Positions 9,118-18,023 are shown, numbered from the stretch's first letter. The stretch: 32,000 nucleotides of DNA from Nanobdella aerobiophila (GCF_023169545.1 NZ_AP019769.1:30001-62000); one strand, 5' to 3'. The notes: generated from the letters alone by a model not told the origin. A program made the numbers and translations.

Positions 9118-9272
9118 GATTAGATGATTCTATAAACTTTCTAATATTCATAATAATTGCTATAGTTATAATAATAATAGTTATACTATTATATGTGTAT
9201 ATTGTTCATACTGGAATGAACGAAAATCTTACTAGGATAGGTTATAATGTATTGAATCAAACTGATTTATAA
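9114..9272 (+). CDS. 52-aa single-helix membrane peptide (not in supplied ORF track)
   Basis: Hand-translated as MRLDDSINFLIFIIIAIVIIIIVILLYVYIVHTGMNENLTRIGYNVLNQTDL. ATGA overlap with the preceding gene and TAATG overlap with the next. Confidence 0.45.
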   Translation: MRLDDSINFLIFIIIAIVIIIIVILLYVYIVHTGMNENLTRIGYNVLNQTDL

Positions 9273-10093
9273 TGAGATCTAATGATACTCTATTTAAGGT
9301 AATATTTGAACTAATATTATTAGTTATAGTTATAATATTAATTGCAGTTTTTATAGAAGCAATTATAGGTATCTCTCAGGGACAAAACATAAAATATGAG
9401 AATTATGCAAAACAAATAATATCAAGTATACAAAATCCAAATACACCACCTATATATATAGATGGATATAATCCCGACTATTTATTTGTCTTTTCTTCTG
9501 TAAATAATTATATATACCTATCATTATATAAATGTAGTTTTGGTATTGGTTCTGGAAATCCACAAGTATTATTATGGAATATTTCTCAATATATATTCTC
9601 TCCAGATTTATCAGGATGTTTTTTAATATATAAAGCTAATACAAGTTTAAATAGTATAGAGATAAATATTATAAATTCAACAGATGTAGCTGCAGGTTTA
9701 ATAACTATTGATAGTATGGATGCAGTTCCATATTATGGGGGGGTTAGTGCAGAAATCCAAAATACTAATCAAGAAATATATATAATCCCAGATGTAGTTA
9801 TTGATTGTACAGATCATGGATGTAGTATGACTAGTCCATATAGTCAATCATTATCTTGTTATATATCAAGTTCTTGTGTAGAAATAGGAGGTTTTCTTAA
9901 TCAGGTAGGACAAGCAAATTCATATTCTAGTTCTGCTATAAATATAGGATACATAAATAATATAAATGTAGGTAATAATCAATTTACTGTTCAGGAGCTT
10001 ACATTAAATCAATTAACCTTAAACTATATATTAAAGATAGAATATACCAGTGGTACGATCAGTTTCTATTATATACCACCAATATCTACTTGA
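9272..10093 (+). CDS. N-terminally anchored secreted protein (pilin-like N-terminus)
   Basis: 273 aa. MRSNDTLFKVIFELILLVIVIILIAVF. 6 Cys, clustered as IDCTDHGCSMTSPYSQSLSCYISSSC. Low charge. Confidence 0.75.
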   Translation: MRSNDTLFKVIFELILLVIVIILIAVFIEAIIGISQGQNIKYENYAKQIISSIQNPNTPPIYIDGYNPDYLFVFSSVNNYIYLSLYKCSFGIGSGNPQVLLWNISQYIFSPDLSGCFLIYKANTSLNSIEINIINSTDVAAGLITIDSMDAVPYYGGVSAEIQNTNQEIYIIPDVVIDCTDHGCSMTSPYSQSLSCYISSSCVEIGGFLNQVGQANSYSSSAINIGYINNINVGNNQFTVQELTLNQLTLNYILKIEYTSGTISFYYIPPIST

Positions 10094-10094
10094 T

Positions 10095-11243
10095 ATGGTA
10101 GAGGACATATTAGATGCTTTAGTAGCTAGCATATTTTTAATAATTGTAATATTTATAGGGGTTAATATACCATACTTAGCAGCTAAAATATTTGGAGCTA
10201 ATAATCCTTATGCTGTTTTAGAGACTGCAGGATTTATTACATATGCAACATCCATACCAGGGGGGATTCAAGGATTAATATATATTTCTAGCGGGCCATC
10301 CATAGGTTATGAATTTAGGATTGCTCCACCAATAAATACAGGTTGGGTATTCGGTCAATATAATAATAATGATTTTTTAGTTTCTATAGGTTATTGTGAA
10401 AATCAAAACCTATGGGATCAATTTGGTATGGATTTTTTTAATTCTGTATTGACTGCAATGTTTGCTCAAGTTCCTGCTGCTGATGAAGCAGAAATTGCTT
10501 TAGAAGGCGCAGAGACCTTGGTAGAAGAATCGCCATCAGTTTCTAGTCTAGTTCAAAGTTATTTAAAATCCAGTTCAAAATTATTTGCGAATAGTTTTGC
10601 TGGAAATGAAATATTTGGAACTGCGATAGGATTATATAGATATTTGCAGGATCAAAATTCTGGAGGAATTGGTACAGCACTATATTCATCAGCTATGACT
10701 ATATTACCAACTGCATTAGAGGGCGCTGCTGTAGGTACATTGGAAGTATTGGCTGATAATGCAATTATAGCTGCTACAGGTCCTATAGGTTATGGAATAT
10801 CTATAGGCGTAAATATGATAGTCAACTCAGCAATAACATTATATAATTATGAAAATATTGCTAATAATGATTATGCAAGGTGTTATTATAATGACCAGTT
10901 ATTAAGTAGCGGTCAATATTTTGTATATTATAATTTATTATCCTTACCAGTATTTTATAATCCAGAATTTTCATTAATAAATCAATGCTATTTAGATGCT
11001 AAAAATCCGGGAAATCAGGAAGCAATATATTATGAATATTTATGCAATGGATTTAATAGCAATCAACAAAATCAAACGATATATCAATCAGGATCTCAGT
11101 ATGGATACTACATATTTAAATTAGAATTGGGTGTGGAGTATCAGGGTTATTATTATTATCCGGCTTATTTATCCTTAGATAAGAATAATTTGGATGGTAA
11201 TCATGAAATAAATATAAGTATAATACCCAATAAAATATCATGA
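10095..11243 (+). CDS. N-terminally anchored protein with Ala/Gly-rich hydrophobic and acidic central region
   Basis: Start placed at ATG 10095, 1 nt after the preceding stop; the track's 10050 start lies inside the previous gene. MVEDILDALVASIFLIIVIFIGV. Central AADEAEIALEGAETLVEE and ALEGAAVGTLEVLADNAIIAATGPIGYGISIGV. Confidence 0.75.
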   Translation: MVEDILDALVASIFLIIVIFIGVNIPYLAAKIFGANNPYAVLETAGFITYATSIPGGIQGLIYISSGPSIGYEFRIAPPINTGWVFGQYNNNDFLVSIGYCENQNLWDQFGMDFFNSVLTAMFAQVPAADEAEIALEGAETLVEESPSVSSLVQSYLKSSSKLFANSFAGNEIFGTAIGLYRYLQDQNSGGIGTALYSSAMTILPTALEGAAVGTLEVLADNAIIAATGPIGYGISIGVNMIVNSAITLYNYENIANNDYARCYYNDQLLSSGQYFVYYNLLSLPVFYNPEFSLINQCYLDAKNPGNQEAIYYEYLCNGFNSNQQNQTIYQSGSQYGYYIFKLELGVEYQGYYYYPAYLSLDKNNLDGNHEINISIIPNKIS

Positions 11244-12259
11244 GATCATTTTCTTTAAAAGATATTGTAGAATATATCATTGGTGCAGTTATAATTATAG
11301 CTGCACTATTATTTATACTAATATATTATGCAATGAATTTAACAGAATCATTTTCACAACAGTCTTATCAGATATTTGTGAATACTTTATTATTAAATAG
11401 ATTGCAATATTGTTTATATGAGGCTACTGGAAATCCTTATTATCTATTCTATGCGCCAAATATTTCTGTATTATATCAATATGATAATCAGATAAGTCAA
11501 TGCTATACAGTACTACAAGGATCTTTTTTAGATTATGTTGCAGAATCTGGTAATTTAACTGCTTTAATTGATCTTAATAGTCAAGTAAAACAAGAAGTAG
11601 CATCCACGGAAAACAGTGTAACTGGGCCAGATTCCTATTTATTGGTCTCTCAGCAGGAATTTCAGCAGTTTTTACTATATTCTAATATAACTTATTTTGG
11701 AGAGCCTTTATATATTTATTATAATATAAATAATGTATCTGCAAGTAGATATTATTTTCCTCAACAATTATTTGACATTTCTACTTATAGATATATATCT
11801 TCAGAAGCTTATTCTGAGATTGATACATCAGCATCTCCTCTTATCTCTTCAATGTCAGATTCAATAATAAATAATTTCTTATATTCGGATATATTCCCAC
11901 CAAAGTTCTCTATTTCTTATAATTCAATACCAGAGAATACTTATAATGAAATAGTAAGTTATTTATCTCAAGCATCCAATAATGAAAGCCAGATAATATA
12001 TAATATAACAAGGTATAATAATACATTTATTGATTTGTATAAAACTTGCTCCCAATATCCGTATGGACTATTTATATATCCATTGAATAGTTATGAAGTT
12101 ACATCGCCAAATTATGATACAGGTAGCATGAGGATTGTAAAAATATATTTTTTAGGTCTTGGTGCAATTAATTATGGTATAATGGGTTGTAATTATACTG
12201 AAGATAATCCAAGTACAGGCCAAATAAATGCCTCTAGCTGTACTATAATTATTCAATGA
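11240..12259 (+). CDS. N-terminally anchored secreted protein (pilin-like N-terminus)
   Basis: 339 aa. MRSFSLKDIVEYIIGAVIIIAALLFILIYY. ATGA overlaps on both sides. I count only 5 Lys in 339 residues. Confidence 0.75.
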   Translation: MRSFSLKDIVEYIIGAVIIIAALLFILIYYAMNLTESFSQQSYQIFVNTLLLNRLQYCLYEATGNPYYLFYAPNISVLYQYDNQISQCYTVLQGSFLDYVAESGNLTALIDLNSQVKQEVASTENSVTGPDSYLLVSQQEFQQFLLYSNITYFGEPLYIYYNINNVSASRYYFPQQLFDISTYRYISSEAYSEIDTSASPLISSMSDSIINNFLYSDIFPPKFSISYNSIPENTYNEIVSYLSQASNNESQIIYNITRYNNTFIDLYKTCSQYPYGLFIYPLNSYEVTSPNYDTGSMRIVKIYFLGLGAINYGIMGCNYTEDNPSTGQINASSCTIIIQ

Positions 12260-12723
12260 AATTTCAAATAGGATTTTTTTTATCTATGCTATTTGTATCT
12301 ATGCTCTTAATATTTTTAGTATTGTATTTAATATATCAAGATACATTACAGCCAGCATCCTTAAATGGAATAGCAACATTACAATTACAAGGGGTAGAAT
12401 ATCAATCCTCAAATGGTTTTCTAGGATCTAATATTTATTTTGATGGAGTATATGTACCAGTAATAGATATATTGAATGGTTATAATATAAATAATAATGC
12501 GAATAGTTATATATATGATCAATTATATAATGATACAATAAATTATTTTCAAGATTCATCTACTTTATTAGCTTTTGATTTAAATAACAATACATTAGGA
12601 GTATGCTATAATATGGACTATGTAAATTATAATATATATATAAATGGTCAAACATATAATCTAGAAGTTTGCCCTCCAACATTATTGGCTGGATATTATT
12701 ATAATATATCTTGTGTACAATGA
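12256..12723 (+). CDS. N-terminally anchored small secreted protein
   Basis: 155 aa. MKFQIGFFLSMLFVSMLLIFLVLYLIY, the same MK-x-Q-x-G n-region as the 790-aa ORF at 4208. ATGA overlaps on both sides. Confidence 0.7.
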   Translation: MKFQIGFFLSMLFVSMLLIFLVLYLIYQDTLQPASLNGIATLQLQGVEYQSSNGFLGSNIYFDGVYVPVIDILNGYNINNNANSYIYDQLYNDTINYFQDSSTLLAFDLNNNTLGVCYNMDYVNYNIYINGQTYNLEVCPPTLLAGYYYNISCVQ

Positions 12724-14198
12724 TTAAATCTTCTTTAGCTTCATTGGTAATTATAATTGGAATAATAATATTGGTAGTATCTGCATTCTATTATTTGAAT
12801 ACAGAACAAACACTAGGATTCCAAAATATGAAATATTTATCCTTAGATTATATAGCTTATCAAAATGGTATATATACATCTTTTGTAGAAATACCTTATT
12901 TGATAAGATATGAGATAAATAATTATATATATTCTATAAGCATATTTTCTAATAATATATATACAAATTTTGATAATTATATATATAGTCGAAATTCTAT
13001 ATATTATAATACCTATTATGATGAATGCTTACCAAATGAAACTTATGCATATGCTTCTTCATCATATAATCCATCAGGATATAATTATCTAAATATTTCC
13101 TATGGTTTATGTTTACCATTATTGACAGTAATAAATATACAAGATAATATATTAGGAAATGAAATAGGTTATAGTATATTAAATGATATAGAAAGTACTG
13201 TAAATAATCAAAATTATATAAAATTATCAGGAGGTGATTATTCTAGTAATCAGATAACTTTAGATATAAATTTTGAATATAGTTATCAATCAATATTCCA
13301 GCATATATTTAATATGCAACTAAATTACTCTTTTATTCCTTATTATATATATTATAATTATATTTCTGGGTATATATATAATAGATCTTTATATAGGATA
13401 ACATATTTTATTCAAAATCCACAAATAGTCGGTAATTATAACGATTATAAAAGCATAGATAATGGAAATCTATTATTATATAGTATAAATTATAATAGTA
13501 ATTCATTGTACTTAGCTGATTTATATTATAATACTTCAAACATTGAGGATCTACAATTACCTGTTCTATGCCAAACAGTAGGTCAAAATGATAATGGAAA
13601 TTGTGTTGTAAACATGTATTATAGGAACCTATGTATAGACTCGGGACAAACAGAAACATTAGCAGAGTACTTAGGCGGAAATACAGTATCTTCATCTCAA
13701 ATATTTAGTGGATATTTTTACAATATAGTATCTACAAATTATATATATAATAATAATAGCATATTACCAGATCTAATTAGTTGCACAGACTATTTAAATG
13801 ACGTTTGTAATTATAATCTATTTAATAATTATACTGTATTTACAGATGGAAATTTCCCAATATTAGTAAATACGACATTAAATGCAGTATATGATAATAT
13901 ATCATGTTCTGTATCTAGTGTTTCTGTTGATATTCCATTTGGATCTGTTAAGGAATGTCTTAAATATATATCTGGAGTAGAAGGTGCAGTTTCTCATTTA
14001 AATTCTCTTGGTATAAAATGCAGTGTAGATTCTGGTTGCGGAACAGGTACTGTAAGAGTAAGTTGTAGTAATTATCCATATATAACATATAATGGAGAAT
14101 TTTCAGTTAATTATGAAAATCTATTTACATTATTTAATATAAATGAAACTATATGCTCTAATAATAATATTATAAATTTTTGTAATGGTTTATCATGA
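12720..14198 (+). CDS. N-terminally anchored secreted protein with Cys-rich C-terminal domain
   Basis: Start placed at ATG 12720 (ATGA overlap); the track start at 12711 is TTG. MIKSSLASLVIIIGIIILVVSAFYY. 14 Cys, 12 of them in the last ~210 aa. Confidence 0.75.
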   Translation: MIKSSLASLVIIIGIIILVVSAFYYLNTEQTLGFQNMKYLSLDYIAYQNGIYTSFVEIPYLIRYEINNYIYSISIFSNNIYTNFDNYIYSRNSIYYNTYYDECLPNETYAYASSSYNPSGYNYLNISYGLCLPLLTVINIQDNILGNEIGYSILNDIESTVNNQNYIKLSGGDYSSNQITLDINFEYSYQSIFQHIFNMQLNYSFIPYYIYYNYISGYIYNRSLYRITYFIQNPQIVGNYNDYKSIDNGNLLLYSINYNSNSLYLADLYYNTSNIEDLQLPVLCQTVGQNDNGNCVVNMYYRNLCIDSGQTETLAEYLGGNTVSSSQIFSGYFYNIVSTNYIYNNNSILPDLISCTDYLNDVCNYNLFNNYTVFTDGNFPILVNTTLNAVYDNISCSVSSVSVDIPFGSVKECLKYISGVEGAVSHLNSLGIKCSVDSGCGTGTVRVSCSNYPYITYNGEFSVNYENLFTLFNINETICSNNNIINFCNGLS

Positions 14199-14766
14199 TA
14201 TCATAGAATTTTTTCATCCTCAATCTTACATTATACAATTTTTTATTGCTCTCATCTATTAATTTTCTAAAATAATGTTCATCAATTAATAATTCTCTAT
14301 TTTCTGATATCAAGGTCTCTATTTTTTCATTTCCCATAATCTCTATCATAACTCTACTATTATTTATTAAAAATATACCAGAATGTTTAAATCCAGCTTT
14401 CCTAGCAATATTTAATATTTCATAAGCCTTATCTATATTTATCGAAGATACATGTAATATAAATGGCTCTTGTTTAAAATAAATTTTTTCTTCATAATTT
14501 TTATATATATCTAGTAATCTATACCATATATAATTAAAGTCTATATAATAATGTGATTTAAATAAAAAATCTGCTTCAAATTTTTTTCCAGATTTTGGAA
14601 TCTTTAGTAATATTATTCTCCCAGCACATGATGACGTAGTAAAATATTCATTTAATGAATTTATGTAATCAATAATATAATATACAGGCTGGTCTACCAA
14701 TTGTTTTTCTTTTGCATATCTTAATTTTTCCATATGATACATTTTTAATTTATTGAAATTATTCAT
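14170..14766 (-). CDS. taw3: tRNA wyosine-derivative methyltransferase Taw3 (TYW3 family)
   Basis: 198 aa. FTTSSCAGRIILL matches the TYW3/Taw3 SSC(S/A)GR signature. Size fits. Confidence 0.65.
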   Translation of the reverse strand: MNNFNKLKMYHMEKLRYAKEKQLVDQPVYYIIDYINSLNEYFTTSSCAGRIILLKIPKSGKKFEADFLFKSHYYIDFNYIWYRLLDIYKNYEEKIYFKQEPFILHVSSINIDKAYEILNIARKAGFKHSGIFLINNSRVMIEIMGNEKIETLISENRELLIDEHYFRKLIDESNKKLYNVRLRMKKFYDIMINHYKNL

Positions 14767-14771
14767 ATTAT

Positions 14772-15230
14772 ATGGATAATGAAAAGATAATATTAAATAT
14801 ATTGTTCATAATATTTATTGTACCTGCATTAGCATTAATATATTATGCATATTCTAATTATTTTAAAGAATCAAGAACAGTTAATCCAGAAAATCCATAT
14901 GGTCTATATATATCAAATTTTATTGTAAATAATAGTACAATAGATATTTCTGTATATAATCCGTCGAATAATAGTATAAGTATATATTTTACTTACTTGG
15001 CATTGAAAAATTCTTATCAATCTTCATCCATTATTACATCATTTTCAGGATATATTTATACCATTAACCCAGATAGTTCTATAGAATTGTCTTATAATTA
15101 TTTAGATGATCAAGATACAAAGGCGGTAATATTACAATGGGAAAAATTAGGCGGATATATATATACTACACTATATTATAGTAATATAAATGATTCAATA
15201 AATGGAATAATAAATTATGAAAAAACTTAA
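14772..15230 (+). CDS. N-terminally anchored small secreted protein
   Basis: 152 aa. MDNEKIILNILFIIFIVPALALIYYAY followed by an Asn/Ser/Tyr-rich, sequon-bearing domain. Confidence 0.6.
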   Translation: MDNEKIILNILFIIFIVPALALIYYAYSNYFKESRTVNPENPYGLYISNFIVNNSTIDISVYNPSNNSISIYFTYLALKNSYQSSSIITSFSGYIYTINPDSSIELSYNYLDDQDTKAVILQWEKLGGYIYTTLYYSNINDSINGIINYEKT

Positions 15231-16414
15231 ACCCTATCTAAATCGCTCAATGTATATATCTTTACCTTATTGCTATTCTTTTGTATGGAATCTATACATA
15301 TAATATACTTAACATTTGTATTTCTTTCTATTTTCTCTAATAACTCTCTAGTTAATACACCATCCATCGTTATATATGATATATTGCTATTTTTAAATAT
15401 CATTTCATCTAATTTATCTACTGGTATTTTATTTATCGTATTAAAGTTATCGTCTAATAATAATGCCTGATCAGTTCTAAATATATCTTCCATATAGCTC
15501 TTTAGCTTTTGTAATATAGGATCTTTTATCTTCTTTTCTTCTCTTATATTTTTTATTTCTTCTATTGATCCTTCTAATTTTTCATAATATGCTTTTATTT
15601 GATCAAAGGATATTCTATTCTTTAATGATTTCATAATCTCTTTTCTTGATAGTTCTTCTACTTCCTTTCCTGGTTCTGGTTTTGCTATAAAATCTATATC
15701 TACTCCATTTATCATACATTCTTTTACTAATAAATCTCCACCTCTATCACCATCAAAGAATGTAGTCACTATTTTTTTCTTTGATAATTCTATTACAGTC
15801 TTCGGAACATTTAATCCATTTAATGCTACAACATTTGTTATTCCGTATCTTAATAGATTTAATACATCTGCTCTTCCTTCTACCAATATTATCTCTTCAG
15901 ATCTATCTATATCTGGGCCTGCAGGTAATTTTTCATTACCATAATTTGTTAATGTTTTTATATTTTGTGAATATTCCAGATATAATAGTAATTCTTTTGG
16001 GTCTGGTAGTTCTTCATTTATTAATCTTGTTAATAAATCTCTTGCTCTTTCTAATATATGCTGGACTTTTGTTTTCCTTACATCTTCTATTTTCTGTATT
16101 TTTATTGATGCGTGTGTTGGGCCTATTCTAGTTACTGTTTCAAGTGTGGCAGCAATTAAAGTAGTTTCAAATCTATTTAGGCTTGTAGGTATCTTTATTT
16201 CTCCTACTGTCTTATCATTCTCTATTTTTAGATCTACTTCTATTCTTCCTATTTTTCCAGATCTTTGTAGCTCTCTTAAATCCATTTCTGAACCTAGTAG
16301 GCCTTCTGTTTGTCCAAATACTGCTCCTATTACATCAGGTTTTTCAACGACACCGTCAATGTATACAGACGCATGTATAACATATTTTATGTATGGAGGT
16401 GATATCTTTGCCAT
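15227..16414 (-). CDS. dnaG: Archaeal DnaG-type primase / exosome-associated Toprim protein
   Basis: 395 aa. Toprim motifs ILVEGRADVLNLLRYG and FFDGDRGGDLL. N-terminal IKYVIHASVYIDGVVEKPDVIGAVFGQTEGLLG is typical of archaeal DnaG. Confidence 0.9.
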   Translation of the reverse strand: MAKISPPYIKYVIHASVYIDGVVEKPDVIGAVFGQTEGLLGSEMDLRELQRSGKIGRIEVDLKIENDKTVGEIKIPTSLNRFETTLIAATLETVTRIGPTHASIKIQKIEDVRKTKVQHILERARDLLTRLINEELPDPKELLLYLEYSQNIKTLTNYGNEKLPAGPDIDRSEEIILVEGRADVLNLLRYGITNVVALNGLNVPKTVIELSKKKIVTTFFDGDRGGDLLVKECMINGVDIDFIAKPEPGKEVEELSRKEIMKSLKNRISFDQIKAYYEKLEGSIEEIKNIREEKKIKDPILQKLKSYMEDIFRTDQALLLDDNFNTINKIPVDKLDEMIFKNSNISYITMDGVLTRELLEKIERNTNVKYIICIDSIQKNSNKVKIYTLSDLDRV

Positions 16415-16505
16415 TAAACTATATTAAAGAAAAGATATATAATTTATTATAGTATATTGGTTAGTAATAACTTAAATCTATAAATATAGAAAATAATATA
16501 AAATA

Positions 16506-17621
16506 ATGGCAGAAGGAGAAAAAGTAACAATAAGTGTCATAAAAGCAGATACTGGAAGCTTAGTTGGAAACCATATTGTTCCACCAATATTTGAAGAAAC
16601 TGCAGAAGATATATTAGAGGATTCTGTAGATGAAATAATATTAGATTATCATGTAACGCATGTAGGAGATGACATGTCTCTAATATTGTTGCATAATAAG
16701 GGCGAAGATAATCCAGAAGTTCATGGGTTAGCATGGAAAATATTTCAGAAAACTACAAAAATAGCAAAAGATATGGGGTTATATGGTGCCGGTGAAGATT
16801 TATTATCAGAAGATTTTAAAGGAAATATAAAAAATATGGGACCAGGCGTTGCTGAGATGACTATAAATGTTAGACAAACAGAACCAATATTTGTATTTGC
16901 TGCAGATAAGACAGAAGCTGGTGCTTTTAATTATCCATTATTTCAAATGTTTGCTAATCCATTTAATACTCCTGGACTGATAATAGATCCAGCGATGCAT
17001 ATGGGGTTTAAATTTGAAATATGGGACCTAGATAATCATAAAAAGATATATTTATCAGCACCAGAGGATTTATATGATATATTATCATTAATTGGTTCTA
17101 TAAAATATGTAATAAAAAGAATATATCCAAGACAAGGCCATAAAATTCCTGAAAATGAACCAGTAGCAGTAACATCTACAGAAAGGTTAAATGCAGAAGC
17201 TGGTAAATATGTTGGAAAAGATGATCCAGTAATGATTGTTAGATCTCAAAAAGGTCTACCAGCTGCAGGAGAAGTACTAGAAGCATTTTCATTTCCATAT
17301 ATGGTAGATGGCTGGATGAGGGGATTTCATTGGGGTCCACTTATGCCAGTATCTGTAAAGGATGCAAAGGCTACTAGATTTGATGGACCAGCAAGGGTTA
17401 TCTCTTTAGGATTTCAGGTAAAGAATGGAAAATTATATGGACCAGAAGATATGTTTGACGATCCAGCATTTGATCTTACAAGAAATAAAGCAATGGAAAT
17501 AACAGATTATATTAGAAGGCATGGACCATTTGAACCTCACAGAGTGTCGTCAGAATTGGCACAATATACTACTCTACCAAAGATATTAGAAAAATTAAAA
17601 GATAGATTTCAGGATATATAA
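16506..17621 (+). CDS. fbp: Fructose-1,6-bisphosphate aldolase/phosphatase (class V FBPase)
   Basis: 371 aa. N-terminal TISVIKADTGSLVGNH and the overall pattern are typical of the bifunctional archaeal enzyme. Confidence 0.92.
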   Translation: MAEGEKVTISVIKADTGSLVGNHIVPPIFEETAEDILEDSVDEIILDYHVTHVGDDMSLILLHNKGEDNPEVHGLAWKIFQKTTKIAKDMGLYGAGEDLLSEDFKGNIKNMGPGVAEMTINVRQTEPIFVFAADKTEAGAFNYPLFQMFANPFNTPGLIIDPAMHMGFKFEIWDLDNHKKIYLSAPEDLYDILSLIGSIKYVIKRIYPRQGHKIPENEPVAVTSTERLNAEAGKYVGKDDPVMIVRSQKGLPAAGEVLEAFSFPYMVDGWMRGFHWGPLMPVSVKDAKATRFDGPARVISLGFQVKNGKLYGPEDMFDDPAFDLTRNKAMEITDYIRRHGPFEPHRVSSELAQYTTLPKILEKLKDRFQDI

Positions 17622-17686
17622 AAGCTTTTATATTTTTTTATTGAATAGTATTATTTTTTAAATATTTCTATATTCTTTATTTATAC

Positions 17687-17989
17687 ATGGGAATGGAATA
17701 TGTATATGCTGTATGGTTATTACACGAGGCAAAGCAAGAAATAAATGCAGATAATATTAAAAAGGTATTATCTTCTGTAGGGCTAGAATCAAATGAAGCA
17801 ATGATAAATGCTATTTTGGCAAGCTTACAAGGAGTAGATCTGGAAAAAGTAAAAGAAGAAGCACTATCGACACCATCTGTAGCAGTTGCACAAGCCCCTA
17901 CTCAAGCTCAAGAAAAGAAAGAAGAGAAAAAAGAAGAAAAGAAAGAAGAGCAGGCATTAGAAGGATTATCCTCATTGTTCGGCTTCTAA
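17687..17989 (+). CDS. rpl12: 50S ribosomal stalk protein P1 (L12e)
   Basis: MEYVYAVWLLHEAKQEINADNIKKVL, an EKKEEKKEEKKEE hinge and the C-terminal GLSSLFGF tail. The true start may be the ATG at 17693. Confidence 0.85.
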   Translation: MGMEYVYAVWLLHEAKQEINADNIKKVLSSVGLESNEAMINAILASLQGVDLEKVKEEALSTPSVAVAQAPTQAQEKKEEKKEEKKEEQALEGLSSLFGF

Positions 17990-18023
17990 GGTTTATAAAT
18001 TTTTAGATGCATTTTTAACTAAA

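Noticed and set aside
8923-12719. Track start codons at 8923 (TTG), 10050 (GTG) and 12711 (TTG)
   Set aside because: In each case an in-frame ATG a few codons downstream (8932, 10095, 12720) gives the pilin-like n-region directly. It also produces the ATGA or near-abutting coupling seen at the other junctions.
4029-15230. The surface-protein block as an archaellum/known type IV pilus locus, or as an integrated virus
   Set aside because: There are no FlaH/FlaI/FlaJ, PilB/PilC, prepilin peptidase, integrase, capsid or packaging-ATPase motifs. The flanks are housekeeping genes with no att-like repeats. It is reported instead as an uncharacterised system.
15270-16734. ORFs 15270-15470, 15781-16131 and 16146-16427 (+), and 16537-16734 (-)
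   Set aside because: Antisense to dnaG or fbp, both of which carry strong family motifs.
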